Assembly: GCA_037442545.1 (NCBI GenBank)
Contig: JBBIQB010000001.1
Coordinates: forward strand, 1 to 63,721
Length of the DNA stretch: 63,721 bases
Reading direction: 5' to 3'
From: Bellilinea sp.
GTDB taxonomy: Bacteria > Chloroflexota > Anaerolineae > Anaerolineales > Anaerolineaceae
Shown here: positions 53,974 through 63,464 of the stretch, piece by piece
How positions within the stretch are numbered: the stretch's first letter is position 1
Layout: each line of letters begins with the position of its first letter
Position numbers and translations under genes: made by a program
Notes under the pieces: model-generated
What the model was told of the DNA's origin: nothing
The model's input: the letters and a program-made list of their open reading frames with translations, nothing else
Database searches by the model: none

Positions 53974-54007
53974 GCAAAGCGAGTTTGTAATTTTGAAAAG
54001 TAGGACA

Positions 54008-54060
54008 CCCTTCGACAGGCGGTTGGTGAGCCTTGCCGAAGCACGGGGTACACCCTTCGA
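54008..54060. repeat. REP-like elements
   Basis: CCCTTCGACAGGC...TGAGCCTTGCCGAAG...CCCTTCGA. Confidence 0.6.
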
Positions 54061-54122
54061 TGGGCTAAATTTAGACTAAATCAGGCTTATTTACGTCCAA
54101 AAACCTTGATATAATTCGGCGC

Positions 54123-55450
54123 ATGAAATATTACATCTGGACCGAAGGCTGTCAGATGAACGTCGCCGACTCGCAGCGGGTGGCTTCGGCGCTGGAACAC
54201 CTCGGCTACCACAGCGCGCCGCGCGCCGAAGAAGCCGACGTGATCGTGCTCAACACCTGTGTCGTGCGCCAGTCCGCCGAGGACAAAGCCTACGGGCGGC
54301 TGAGTTCACTGCGCCCGATCAAAAAACAACGCCCCGACCTGGTCATCAACCTGATGGGCTGCCTGGTCGGCGTCAAGGGCAACCCGCAGGTGAGCGGGCG
54401 CTTCCCCTACGTGGACGTCTTCTCCCCGCCCTCCGACCCGCGCCCGCTGGTCGAGTACCTGCTGCAACGCGACGGGCGCGACCAGCAGCAAACCGAGACC
54501 GCGCTGCGCTTTGCCCTACAGGACGAAGACCTGACCCTGCCCGCCGCCGAGCGCGGCAGCCTGGTCTCCGCCTTTATCCCGGTGGTGTACGGCTGCTCGC
54601 ACGCCTGCACCTTCTGCATCATCCCCTACCGGCGCGGGGTGGAAAAAAGCCGCCCGCCGGAGGATCTCCTTGCCGAGGCGCGCGCGCTGGTCAGCCAGGG
54701 CGTGCGCGAGATCACCCTGCTAGGGCAGATTGTTGACCGCTACGGCAAGGACGAGCCCGCCTACCCCACGTTAAGCGGCTTGCTGCGCCGCCTGCACGCC
54801 ATTCACGGGCTGGAGCGCATCCGCTTCCTCACCTCGCATCCCAATTGGATGACCGACGACCTGCTCGACGCGGTGGCGGAACTGCCCAAGGTGATGCCGC
54901 ACATCGAAGTGCCGGTGCAAGCCGGCGATGACGCCGTGCTGGAAAACATGCGCCGCGGCTACACCGCCGACCAATACCGCACGCTGGTCGAAAAAATCCG
55001 CGCGCGCATTCCCGGTGTGTCGATCGCCACCGATGTAATCGTCGGCTTCCCCGGCGAGAGCGAGGCGCAGTTCCAGCACACCTACGACCTGCTGGCGGAG
55101 TTGAAACTGGACGTTGCCCACCTGGCACGCTATTCGCCGCGCGCCGGCACCGTCTCCGCCCGGCGCATGGCAGACGACGTGCCGGACGAGGAAAAATGGC
55201 GCCGCTTCCGCCTGCTGGAGGAACTGCAGCAGCAGATTGCCGCCGGTATCCACGCCGCCTGGCTGGAGCGCACGGTGGAGGTGTTGTTCGAGGAAAAGGT
55301 GCGCGGGCGCTGGAAAGGACGCACCCCGACCAACAAACTGGTCTTCGTTGAGAGCCAGCGCGACCTGCGCGGTGAAATTCTGCCGGTGCAGATCACCTGG
55401 ACAGGACCCTGGTCGATGCGGGACAACCCCGCCAGGTTCAGGCGGGGTGA
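54123..55450 (+). CDS. miaB: tRNA 2-methylthiotransferase MiaB (3' end apparently frameshifted near 55421; as read, the ORF runs on to 55676)
   Basis: GCQMN, NTC, GC motifs; radical SAM CSHACTFC; TSHP; TDVIVGFPGE; YSPR; TRAM domain ending WTGPWSMR. Confidence 0.92.
55424..55447. repeat. Single copy of the 24-bp palindromic element at the miaB/M23 junction
   Basis: CAACCCCGCC-AGGTTCA-GGCGGGG matches the reverse complement of the PrsW repeat unit. Confidence 0.8.
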
Positions 55451-56178
55451 AGAAATTCCTCGCCGTTGTGCTGGGCGGGATGATCGTCGCCGGGCTGGTG
55501 GGCGGCTATTTTTATTTCGTCCACCCGCACCGCACCGCCAGCCGTACCACCCGCGTGGTGCAGTTCCTGCGCAACCCGCAAACTTATGCCGCTTGGGCGG
55601 TCAGCGCCAATACCCGCTGTCCGGGCGCACCGTTTGCCTTACCCACCAGCGGGTACATTGGCTTTCTGTGGGATGATTCCTTCCGCCCGGGTCACCGCCA
55701 CACCGGGCTGGACATCTTCGCCGGGACGACCAGCGGGCAAACGCCGGTCTTTGCCGCCTACGACGGCTACCTGACCCGCCTGGCGGATTGGAAATCCTCG
55801 CTGATTGTGCGCATCCCCGACGACCCGCTGCAACCCGGACGGCAGATCTGGACCTATTACACCCACCTGGCGGACGAGCAGGGCAATTCGCTGATTGCCG
55901 CTGCCTTTCCGCCCGGCAGCAGCGAGGTATTCGTCCCCGCCGGGACGCTGCTCGGCTACCAGGGCAATTATTCCGGCACGCCCGGCGCGCCGGTGGGCGT
56001 GCACCTGCATTTGTCCATCGTCAAGGACGACGGGCAGGGACGCTTTTTAAACGAGACGGACATCGCCAACACGCTGGATCCTTCGCCGTACTTCAACCTG
56101 AGCCTGAACGCCAACGACAATCCGCCCATGCCGCCGCTGTGCGCACCGGCAGCCGGCGCGGGCGGAGGCGCGCCGTGA
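55447..56178 (+). CDS. M23-family metallopeptidase
   Basis: GTG start KKFLAVVLGG TM; HTGLD (HxxxD), YTHL, HLH. Confidence 0.85.
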   Translation: MKKFLAVVLGGMIVAGLVGGYFYFVHPHRTASRTTRVVQFLRNPQTYAAWAVSANTRCPGAPFALPTSGYIGFLWDDSFRPGHRHTGLDIFAGTTSGQTPVFAAYDGYLTRLADWKSSLIVRIPDDPLQPGRQIWTYYTHLADEQGNSLIAAAFPPGSSEVFVPAGTLLGYQGNYSGTPGAPVGVHLHLSIVKDDGQGRFLNETDIANTLDPSPYFNLSLNANDNPPMPPLCAPAAGAGGGAP

Positions 56179-56870
56179 GCCGTCCGCCCAGTGCGCCGCA
56201 AAGCCCGCTGGCTGGTAGCGAGTCACCGCAGACTTGCGGGGTTGCCCCGCAGACTTGCGGGGTTGCCCCGCAGACTTGCGGGGTTGTGCTGGTGTGCGGC
56301 GCCGGGCGGGCGCCCGGGCGCGACCTGGCGCTCGGACTGGCGCGGGCGGGCTGGGCTGTGGCGGCGCACGATCTGCAGCCGCTGCACCTGGAGCCGCTGC
56401 ACGGCGAGGTGCAAGCCGCGGGCGGCGTCTGCCGCACCTACGTCGGCGACCCCGGCAAGGGGTTGGCGGCGCGGGCGCTGATAGACGACGTGCTGGCGGA
56501 TTTTGACCGCCTGGACGGGCTGGTGTACTGCCTGGGGGCAGCCCCGCCGGCTTCCCTGCTGCTGCTGGACGAATGGGACTGGCAGCGCGCGCTGGAACTC
56601 AACCTGAGCGCGCCGTTCCTGCTCAGCCAGGCTGCCGCGGCGGTGATGCGCGCCAACGGCGGCGGCGCGCTCTTCTTCGCCCTGCCGGAGGATGCGCCCT
56701 CCGCTTCGCTGCCGCTGGCGGTTGCCCGGGCGGGAATCGCCGGGCTGGTGAACGGCATGGCAGGCGAACTCTTGACGTATAATATCCTCTGTGCGCTGTT
56801 GCGCACCGCCGCGCCCGGCGGCAGCCCGGCGGCGTTGGAGCAAATCCTCGCCCAACTTGACCGCCGCTGA
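56175..56870 (+). CDS. SDR-family oxidoreductase-like protein (degenerate)
   Basis: VLVCGAGRAPG, RLDGLV, DEWDWQRALELNLSAPFL; no YxxxK. Confidence 0.65.
   Translation: MSRPPSAPQSPLAGSESPQTCGVAPQTCGVAPQTCGVVLVCGAGRAPGRDLALGLARAGWAVAAHDLQPLHLEPLHGEVQAAGGVCRTYVGDPGKGLAARALIDDVLADFDRLDGLVYCLGAAPPASLLLLDEWDWQRALELNLSAPFLLSQAAAAVMRANGGGALFFALPEDAPSASLPLAVARAGIAGLVNGMAGELLTYNILCALLRTAAPGGSPAALEQILAQLDRR
56224..56286. repeat. 3 x 21-bp tandem palindromic repeat inside the SDR gene
   Basis: CCCCGCAGACTTGCGGGGTTG x3, encoding PQTCGV(A/V) x3. Confidence 0.92.
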
Positions 56871-56912
56871 TCACTGCGCGCCGCCCATCCTTTTTGTGCG
56901 GGGGAGGCAGCC

Positions 56913-57713
56913 ATGTTCGTGACCTTTCGAGAATTGCTTCAGGAATTGCAGCGGCTGGGCGTCGAGCCCGGTAAGCCGGTCATTTGCCACGCTTCGCTCA
57001 AGGCGTTCGGCGAGGTGCGCGGCGGCGCGGATGCACTGCTCGGCGCGCTGCTGGCAGTTTTTCCGCGCCTGATGGCGCCCACCCACACCTACCAAACCAT
57101 GCTGATCCCCGAAGAGGGACCCGCGCACAATGGTATGACCTACGGCAGCGGCAAAGACCTGAACGCCATGGCGGTCTTTTTCACCCCCGACCTGCCCGCC
57201 GACCCGTTGATGGGCGTACTGCCCGAACGGCTGCGCTGCCACCCGCAGGCGCGCCGCTCCAGCCACCCGATCCTGTCGTTTGCCGGCGTGGGGGTCGATT
57301 CCGCGCTGCAAGCCCAAAGCCTGGCAGACCCGCTGGCGCCGCTGGGCGCGCTACAAGCTGAGGGCGGCTGGGTGCTGCTGCTGGGCGTCGATCACAGTGT
57401 CAACACTGCCATCCATTACGCCGAAAAAATAGCCGGGCGGCGGCAGTTCGTCCGCTGGGCGCTGACCCCCGGCGGCGTGGCCGAATGTCCCGGCTTTCCC
57501 GGCTGTTCGCTCGGCTTCGAGCAAGCCGCCCCGCTGCTTGCCCCCTTCACCCGCGAGACGACCATCGGCGGGGCGCGGGTGCGCGCGCTGCCGCTGGCGG
57601 AGATGATCAGCCTGCTGAGCGGGTGGATTCAGGAGGACGCGCTGGCGCTGCTGTGCAGCGACGCGCACTGCGAGCGCTGCAACGCCGTGCGCGCAGGGAT
57701 CACGTCATCCTGA
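56913..57713 (+). CDS. AAC(3)-family N-acetyltransferase
   Basis: HASL, MAPTHT, MGVLPE, RSSHPILSF, LLLGV...NTAIHYAE, GCSLGF. Confidence 0.85.
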   Translation: MFVTFRELLQELQRLGVEPGKPVICHASLKAFGEVRGGADALLGALLAVFPRLMAPTHTYQTMLIPEEGPAHNGMTYGSGKDLNAMAVFFTPDLPADPLMGVLPERLRCHPQARRSSHPILSFAGVGVDSALQAQSLADPLAPLGALQAEGGWVLLLGVDHSVNTAIHYAEKIAGRRQFVRWALTPGGVAECPGFPGCSLGFEQAAPLLAPFTRETTIGGARVRALPLAEMISLLSGWIQEDALALLCSDAHCERCNAVRAGITSS

Positions 57714-57732
57714 ATCCGGCCGGCTTCGCATA

Positions 57733-57784
57733 CCCTTCGACAGGCTCAGGGCACACCCGCGCGCTGGCTGAGCCTGTCGAAGCC
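57733..57784. repeat. REP-like inverted doublet (best-conserved copy)
   Basis: CCCTTCGACAGGCTCAGGG-N14-GGCTGAGCCTGTCGAAGCC. Confidence 0.8.
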
Positions 57785-57876
57785 AGCGGCGGGGGAAGGG
57801 TACACCCTTCGGGGATTCGCAAAGACATCCGCACGCCCCGCCCGCCCAAAAAGGACGTATAATCAATTGAAATCAT

Positions 57877-59163
57877 GTGACGAAGCAGCAAACCATGACC
57901 CTCGAAACCGCCATCATCCGCAACCGCTTCCCCACCCTGCAATCCGGCGTGGTCTTCCTGGACAGCCCCGGCGGCACGCAGATCGCCCTTTCTTCGCTCG
58001 ACCGCATCCAGCAGTACCTGACCGGCTCTAACGCCAACCACGGCGGCGCGTTCCGCACCAGCCAGCAGTCCGACGCTGTGCTGGACGCCGCCCATGCCGC
58101 TATGGGCGACTTTTACAACGCTGCCCGCCCGGAAGAGATCGTCTTCGGCAACAACATGACCACCCTCACCCTGCACTTCAGCCGCTCGATCGCTCGCACC
58201 TGGAACCCGGGCGATGTTATCGTGGTCACCCGGCTGGATCACGACGCCAACGTCACCCCCTGGGTGCTGGCAGCCGAAGAGCGCGGCGTGCGCGTGCGCT
58301 GGGTGGATTTTCACCCCGAGGACGGCACGCTCGATTTGGAGGACCTGCAGCGCGCGCTGGACGAAAAACCGCGCCTGCTGGCGCTGGGCTACGCCTCCAA
58401 CGCGCTGGGCACGATCAACCCGCTGGAAACGATTATTCCGATGGCGCACGCCGCCGGCGCGCTGGTGTACGTGGACGCAGTGCAATACGCTGCTCATGCC
58501 CCGATCGACGTGCAGGCGCTGGGCTGCGATTTTTTGGTCACCTCGGCGTATAAATTTTTTGGTCCGCACGCCGGCATTCTCTACGGGCGCTACGATCTGC
58601 TGGAAAGCCTGTTTGCCTACAAGGTACGCCCAGCGCCCAAGCATCCGCCCGGCAAGTTCGAAACCGGCACGCAGAACCACGAGGGCATTGCCGGCGTGCT
58701 GGGCGCGCTGGAATACCTGGAATGGCTGGGGGAAACCTTCGGCAGTGAATTCACCAAAGAACTTGGCAGCCATTACCACGGGCGGCGGCTGCGCCTGAAG
58801 CAGGCAATGGTCACCATCCGCGCCTACGAATACATTATCAGCCGGACGCTGCTGGACGTGCTTAAAACCGTGCCCGGACTGACTCTGTACGGCATCAGCG
58901 ATCCGCGCCGCATCAAAGACCGCGTGCCGACCTTTTCGTTCCGCCTGGACGGCATTCACCCGCGCGAAGTGGCTGAACGGCTGGCGCGCGAGGACATGTA
59001 CGTGTGGGACGGCAATTATTATGCCCTGTCGGTCACCCAGCGGCTGGGGCTGGAAGACAGCGGCGGCATGGTGCGGGTGGGAGCGGTGCACTACAATACC
59101 GTCCGCGAGATCAACCGGTTTGCCGAGGCGCTGCTGCGGATTGCCACAGCCGGTAAAAAATAA
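57877..59163 (+). CDS. Cysteine desulfurase-like class V aminotransferase
   Basis: LDSPGGTQ, DHDANV, VDAVQY, PLP lysine SAYKFFGP, FETGT; WDGNYYA lacks the catalytic Cys. Confidence 0.88.
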   Translation: MTKQQTMTLETAIIRNRFPTLQSGVVFLDSPGGTQIALSSLDRIQQYLTGSNANHGGAFRTSQQSDAVLDAAHAAMGDFYNAARPEEIVFGNNMTTLTLHFSRSIARTWNPGDVIVVTRLDHDANVTPWVLAAEERGVRVRWVDFHPEDGTLDLEDLQRALDEKPRLLALGYASNALGTINPLETIIPMAHAAGALVYVDAVQYAAHAPIDVQALGCDFLVTSAYKFFGPHAGILYGRYDLLESLFAYKVRPAPKHPPGKFETGTQNHEGIAGVLGALEYLEWLGETFGSEFTKELGSHYHGRRLRLKQAMVTIRAYEYIISRTLLDVLKTVPGLTLYGISDPRRIKDRVPTFSFRLDGIHPREVAERLAREDMYVWDGNYYALSVTQRLGLEDSGGMVRVGAVHYNTVREINRFAEALLRIATAGKK

Positions 59164-59166
59164 GCC

Positions 59167-59568
59167 TTATTCGCCGCTGCTGCGGCGTTCCTTGATCCCC
59201 AGGGCGGCGCGCACAGCGCGGCTGGCGCGCACCACCCCAAATATGTGCAGCGAGCGGATCACCGCTGCCGCCAGTTCGGGCGGCACGTCGGCGTCGATGG
59301 CCACCATGCCAATCACGCGCAGATCGAGCGTCTCGCCGTTGCGGCGGCGTTCTTCCAGTTCGGCGCGGCTCAATTGCAGCGCGCCCAGGGTCAACCCGCG
59401 CCGTTTGATCATCTCGCGCAGCGAATCCCCCTGCCGCTCGAGCTGAGCGCGGGCGGCGGTGCGCAGAAAATCGGTGCGGCTGGAATAGTAGCCTTCCTCC
59501 ACCAGCATATCGATCTGCCCGAGATCCACCACGCTCAGGTTGATGGTGACCTTTTCGGGTTCCGGCAT
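59167..59568 (-). CDS. CopG/ribbon-helix-helix transcriptional regulator
   Basis: EKVTINLSVVDLGQIDMLVEEGYYSSRTDFLRTA. Confidence 0.82.
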   Translation of the reverse strand: MPEPEKVTINLSVVDLGQIDMLVEEGYYSSRTDFLRTAARAQLERQGDSLREMIKRRGLTLGALQLSRAELEERRRNGETLDLRVIGMVAIDADVPPELAAAVIRSLHIFGVVRASRAVRAALGIKERRSSGE

Positions 59569-59575
59569 GGAAGGG

Positions 59576-59800
59576 TCAGATGCGCGGCAGACGGGATTTG
59601 CCGGCGTTCAGGTCAGCCTGGGGTGTTTCGGTTTCGTCGAAGGCTGGCGGCAGGGTTTGGGGGCGCGCGTGCTGCACCCGGCGGCGCAGCGCGGCTGAAA
59701 CGTAGTAAGCGTGCGCCGGGTGGATCAGCGCCGGGCGGTGGATGCGCCGCGAGCAGCGCAGCGGCAAATGTATGGAGGGCAGGGAGAGCAGAATTTGCAT
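59576..59800 (-). CDS. Small hypothetical ORF (74 aa) upstream of the CopG gene
   Basis: GGAG RBS before ATG 59800, downstream of a consensus promoter, ends 8 nt before the CopG start. Confidence 0.35.
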   Translation of the reverse strand: MQILLSLPSIHLPLRCSRRIHRPALIHPAHAYYVSAALRRRVQHARPQTLPPAFDETETPQADLNAGKSRLPRI

Positions 59801-59837
59801 GTTATACTCCAAATAGATTGCAATAAACATCCAAAAA

Positions 59838-59878
59838 ACATCTAAATAGAGTATAGATGTACTCGACGGGTTTGTCAA
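59838..59878 (-). promoter_or_regulatory. Promoter with ACATCTA-N9-TAGATGT inverted repeat
   Basis: TTGACA-N17-TATACT (59878-59850); the inverted repeat brackets the -10. Confidence 0.62.
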
Positions 59879-59973
59879 TCGAAAGATGGGCGCAGTCCGC
59901 CCGGTTGTGGTAGACTTCAGTCCGGATCACCGCCCGCGGGACGGTGCATTCACCCTGGCCAGGAGGTTTTGCG

Positions 59974-60318
59974 ATGTCCGCTCCATCTGTGCGCACTCAT
60001 TGGGTCAGTGTTGTCTTGTATGCGTTCTCCGGGCTGGCGCTTGCCCTGGGCGTTGTGCTGCTGGTGGGTTTGATCAACGCGTCCAATGCGCTGCCTGCCA
60101 ACCAGATCTTTTTCCAGATGATGGGGCTGGGGGAGATTGCCGGCCTGGTGCTGCGCCCGCTGCAATCGGCGCTGATCAACCTGGGGATTGTGCTGTTTGT
60201 GCTGATGAGCGCCATCGCCGCGCTGCTGTTCACCGCCGGGCGGCTGACCGCCGCGCAGCGTTCGCTGCTTGGGCGGGTGCGCCAGTTGGAATCAAAGGTC
60301 GAAGCGCTGGCAACCTGA
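59974..60318 (+). CDS. Hypothetical membrane protein
   Basis: AGGAGG RBS, two hydrophobic segments, coiled-coil-like end RVRQLE. Confidence 0.7.
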   Translation: MSAPSVRTHWVSVVLYAFSGLALALGVVLLVGLINASNALPANQIFFQMMGLGEIAGLVLRPLQSALINLGIVLFVLMSAIAALLFTAGRLTAAQRSLLGRVRQLESKVEALAT

Positions 60319-60329
60319 AGCGCGCCGCC

Positions 60330-60375
60330 GGCTGAACCCGTCGAAGCCCGTTGACAGCCTTCGACGGGTTGAGGG
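60330..60375. repeat. REP-like inverted doublet
   Basis: GGCTGAACCCGTCGAAGCC...CCTTCGACGGGTTGAGGG between convergent genes. Confidence 0.7.
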
Positions 60376-60403
60376 AGCGCAAGCCGGGTGGCTGCGCAGC
60401 GGC

Positions 60404-62353
60404 TTACCGGCAGCCTTCGCCGGCGTCCCAGCCTTCCAGCGACCACAGCGGGCTGCGCGCGCCGCTGTCCAGTTCGTACTGGCACAGGTCGGGGCGCGAA
60501 ACGGTCAGGTCAACGCGGAAGTACAGCGGCAGCGCGGGCAGGTTCTCGATAAACGCCTGCTGCACAGCGCGCTGCGCCTGCCAATAGGCATCCCCCTCGA
60601 AAGGCGCCGTCCGCTGGGCTGCCGCGCACAATGCATCGTAGACCGGGTCGCTCCAACCGCTGACGTTGACCCCCAGCCAGCTGTTGCCCGCGCGCGGGAT
60701 CTGATCGCCGCTGAACAGGAAGCACGGCGTGCCGCGCCCGGACTGCCAGGCGAACTGTGCCAGGTCGAAGTTGCGCCCGAACAGCGCGCCCTGCGCGCCC
60801 GGAGCGAATAACTCGCCCGCCTCCACCAGGCGCAGGTTAACCTGCACGCCGCAGCCCGCCAGGTCTTCGACGATTCGCTCGGCGGTCATCTGGCGCAGGC
60901 GGTCGGGGGTAGTGTGGTAGTCCAGGGCGAGCGGCGTGCCGTCCAGCACGTTGGCAACCCCGCTGGACAGGCGCGGCGTGGCTGGGTCGCCGTCCAGGTC
61001 GCGCCAGCCAGCCTCGTCCAGCAAACGCCTGCCCTGCTGCGGATCGAACGGCAGGGCGGGCAGGTCGGCGGCGTGCAGCGGGTGCGCCGGCGGGAAGAAC
61101 CCCAGCGGTACTGCCGAGCGCCCGTACAACAGCCGCTCGACCAGCGCGGCGCGGTCGATGCAAGCCGCCAGGGCACGGCGGGTGCGCGCATCACCTAGAA
61201 TGTCCTGGCGGTAGCCGCCCCACGGGGTGTAGCCGCCGTCGTAGGCAGCCGGGCGGATGCCAAAAGCCAGCTGTTCCCACACCGCGCTGGGAGCCGAGTG
61301 GATGCGCGCGGCACCTTTGTCCTGCAGCTCGGTCAGCACAATCAACTGACCTTCCCAATCGACGGTATTGTCGATGAAATCGCACGCGCCGTTGGCTAGC
61401 GCGGCAATGTTATTGTCGGCCGGCTCGCCGTAGAAGCGGAAGGTAAGCACGTCGAAGCGCGGCAAGCCCTCGCCGGCGCGAAAGTAGTTGGGGTTGCGCA
61501 CCAGGCGGATGCTCTCGCCGGGTGTCCAGGATTCGATCTGGTAGGCACCCCAGCCCAGCGGGCGGCGGTTGACCTGCTCGTTTTCGAGCAGTTCGGCAGC
61601 CGAATACTGCCCCCAGGCGTGTTCGGGCAGTGGCAGCCAGAACAGGGCGGCGTGGTCGTCCGGCAGGTAGCCGGGCAGCCCCTGCCATTGCACGCTGGTC
61701 TCGTCCAGCGCGCGGTAGTCGAGCGTGCGTTCGACCAGGCGGCGGGCGGCGGGCGTTTGCGGGTCGGCAGCCAGGCGGAAGGCATAGACCGAATCGGCGG
61801 CGGTCAGCGCGGTGCCGTCCTGCCAGCGCAAACCGGGCAGCAGGCGGAAGGTGAGCGTCAGGCGTTCCATGTTGAGCGGCGAGACACCGTCCCAGCGCAC
61901 GGCGCAATCCGCGGCGCGGCAGCCGGCGGGCAGCACGCTCACGCCGGTGTCGAGCACGGCCGGGTTGCCGCGCGCGTCGAGCACGTCTGCGCCGCGTTCG
62001 ACCGGCAGCGACTCGATCTGCGCGCCGCCGTTTTCCAGGCTGGGCAGTCCGTCGAGGATGACCGGCTGCGGCTGGTAGGCGCGGTAGTCCACCGGTCCGT
62101 CATAAATGGCTTCCAGCACGTTCCACATGGCGCGCGAGCCGCCCCCCGCGTACAGGTAGAGCGAAAGCGGTTCCTGCCCCAGGCAGATGTTCAGTTCGCG
62201 CGGCGGGATGGGCGTCTCGGTCGGCGGTGGGCTGGTCAGCGTTGGCACAGGGGAGGGCATGGTGGTGGGGGCGAGCGGACCACCGCTGCAGGCTATCAGC
62301 AGGGCGGACAAGATTAGGGTGAGCACAAAAACGGTCAGGGTTTTGGTAGGCAT
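60404..62353 (-). CDS. Peptide ABC transporter substrate-binding lipoprotein (family 5)
   Basis: Lipobox LIAC, GQEP.SL, WQDGTALTAADSVY, PLGWGAY, RNPNY, LPALPLY. Confidence 0.88.
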   Translation of the reverse strand: MPTKTLTVFVLTLILSALLIACSGGPLAPTTMPSPVPTLTSPPPTETPIPPRELNICLGQEPLSLYLYAGGGSRAMWNVLEAIYDGPVDYRAYQPQPVILDGLPSLENGGAQIESLPVERGADVLDARGNPAVLDTGVSVLPAGCRAADCAVRWDGVSPLNMERLTLTFRLLPGLRWQDGTALTAADSVYAFRLAADPQTPAARRLVERTLDYRALDETSVQWQGLPGYLPDDHAALFWLPLPEHAWGQYSAAELLENEQVNRRPLGWGAYQIESWTPGESIRLVRNPNYFRAGEGLPRFDVLTFRFYGEPADNNIAALANGACDFIDNTVDWEGQLIVLTELQDKGAARIHSAPSAVWEQLAFGIRPAAYDGGYTPWGGYRQDILGDARTRRALAACIDRAALVERLLYGRSAVPLGFFPPAHPLHAADLPALPFDPQQGRRLLDEAGWRDLDGDPATPRLSSGVANVLDGTPLALDYHTTPDRLRQMTAERIVEDLAGCGVQVNLRLVEAGELFAPGAQGALFGRNFDLAQFAWQSGRGTPCFLFSGDQIPRAGNSWLGVNVSGWSDPVYDALCAAAQRTAPFEGDAYWQAQRAVQQAFIENLPALPLYFRVDLTVSRPDLCQYELDSGARSPLWSLEGWDAGEGCR

Positions 62354-62696
62354 CAGGGTTGTTCTCCGGTACATTAACATCCCTGATTATAACGAATAAC
62401 CGGCAAGAATCGCACTCGCCCGGGTAATCGGATCGATTTTTCTGGCGGTGAGGCGGTTTACACCCCATTCGTGCCCTTCGACAGGTTTTACCTGGCTGTT
62501 GGAGCCAGCCCGCCGAACTGATGCGCTGGCTCCAACGGTTAATCGCCAACTTTCCCCGCAGCAGAGCGGGCTTCGTCATAATCATTGCGCAAAACACCCC
62601 TCTTTATGTCATAATAACACAAGGGATGCTGCTTCGCCCGGCGGTGAATCCAACCGGTTGGGCAGGGGTTGCCCGGCATTTCCCAAAGGTCGCCAT

Positions 62697-63407
62697 TTGC
62701 GCAGGTTTCGTTTTCTCGGATTTGTCCTTTCAATCGTGATCCTAACCGGGTGTGCGCATTCCATCACCGTCATCGAGCATCCGCCCCTGGACTGGAGCAT
62801 CAATGCCCAGCGGCTGCGCGAAACAGGTTGCCTGCCGCCCTTGCAGGAATCCTGCCCGCAACTGGCTGCGCTCGGCTGTGATGCGATTCAAACACCGGGC
62901 TTCTACCTGGGTGGACTCCAGCCGCCGGTTGCCGTGATGGAATGTATTCATGCCAACGGCGAGCCTCCCAGTCGGGATTATTTCAAACAACCACCCGGTC
63001 TCGATCCCGGATATCGAAGTTATGCCGTTATCCAGGACGGGATGTACCGGCTGATCATCAAACAATCCGAATTCAAATCTCTGTTTGCCCCGGTGGAATC
63101 CACGGACGAAGCCTTGAGTTACGCCATGGCAATGACCTCGCTCGAGGCACGCTTCGACATCGATCCCGACGCCAATGTGGAATACCGGGTGGACGAAATT
63201 GAGGAAACTCACGCCGAAGAGACCCCCAACGGCTACCTTGTGCGCTTGTTTGATTGGTCGCACCGGATGGGGTGTGATACGCACCCCTTCTATGCGGTTG
63301 ACGTTCTCGTCACGCGGGAGGGCGATGTACGCGAAGTGGCGCGGGAAGAGATTTACACGAGCTATGCCTGCTTTGATTTTGAATCCCTGTCGCTGGATAA
63401 AGACTGA
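62697..63407 (+). CDS. Hypothetical Cys-containing lipoprotein
   Basis: TTG start RRFR + hydrophobic stretch + LTGC lipobox; FAPVESTDEALSYA; start uncertain. Confidence 0.6.
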   Translation: MRRFRFLGFVLSIVILTGCAHSITVIEHPPLDWSINAQRLRETGCLPPLQESCPQLAALGCDAIQTPGFYLGGLQPPVAVMECIHANGEPPSRDYFKQPPGLDPGYRSYAVIQDGMYRLIIKQSEFKSLFAPVESTDEALSYAMAMTSLEARFDIDPDANVEYRVDEIEETHAEETPNGYLVRLFDWSHRMGCDTHPFYAVDVLVTREGDVREVAREEIYTSYACFDFESLSLDKD

Positions 63408-63464
63408 ACGGCGTGGGCGAATCGGGTGGCATGCAACCAAGGGATATTTCGAGAGGATGACCGG

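Noticed and set aside
56224-56286. Palindromic direct repeats as a CRISPR array (also 24681-24752)
   Set aside because: Units are contiguous with no spacers, lie inside CDSs, and no cas genes are present
12154-57713. Antibiotic-resistance island (beta-lactamase-like, VanZ, AAC(3)-like genes)
   Set aside because: The genes are scattered, belong to broad families with many non-resistance members, and share no mobile context
347-59091. Long antisense or alternate-frame ORFs (for example 347-1117, 5039-6493, 17959-19719, 25271-26971, 37199-38872, 45156-46772, 57700-59091)
   Set aside because: Shadow ORFs of well-supported genes, expected in high-GC DNA, with no motifs
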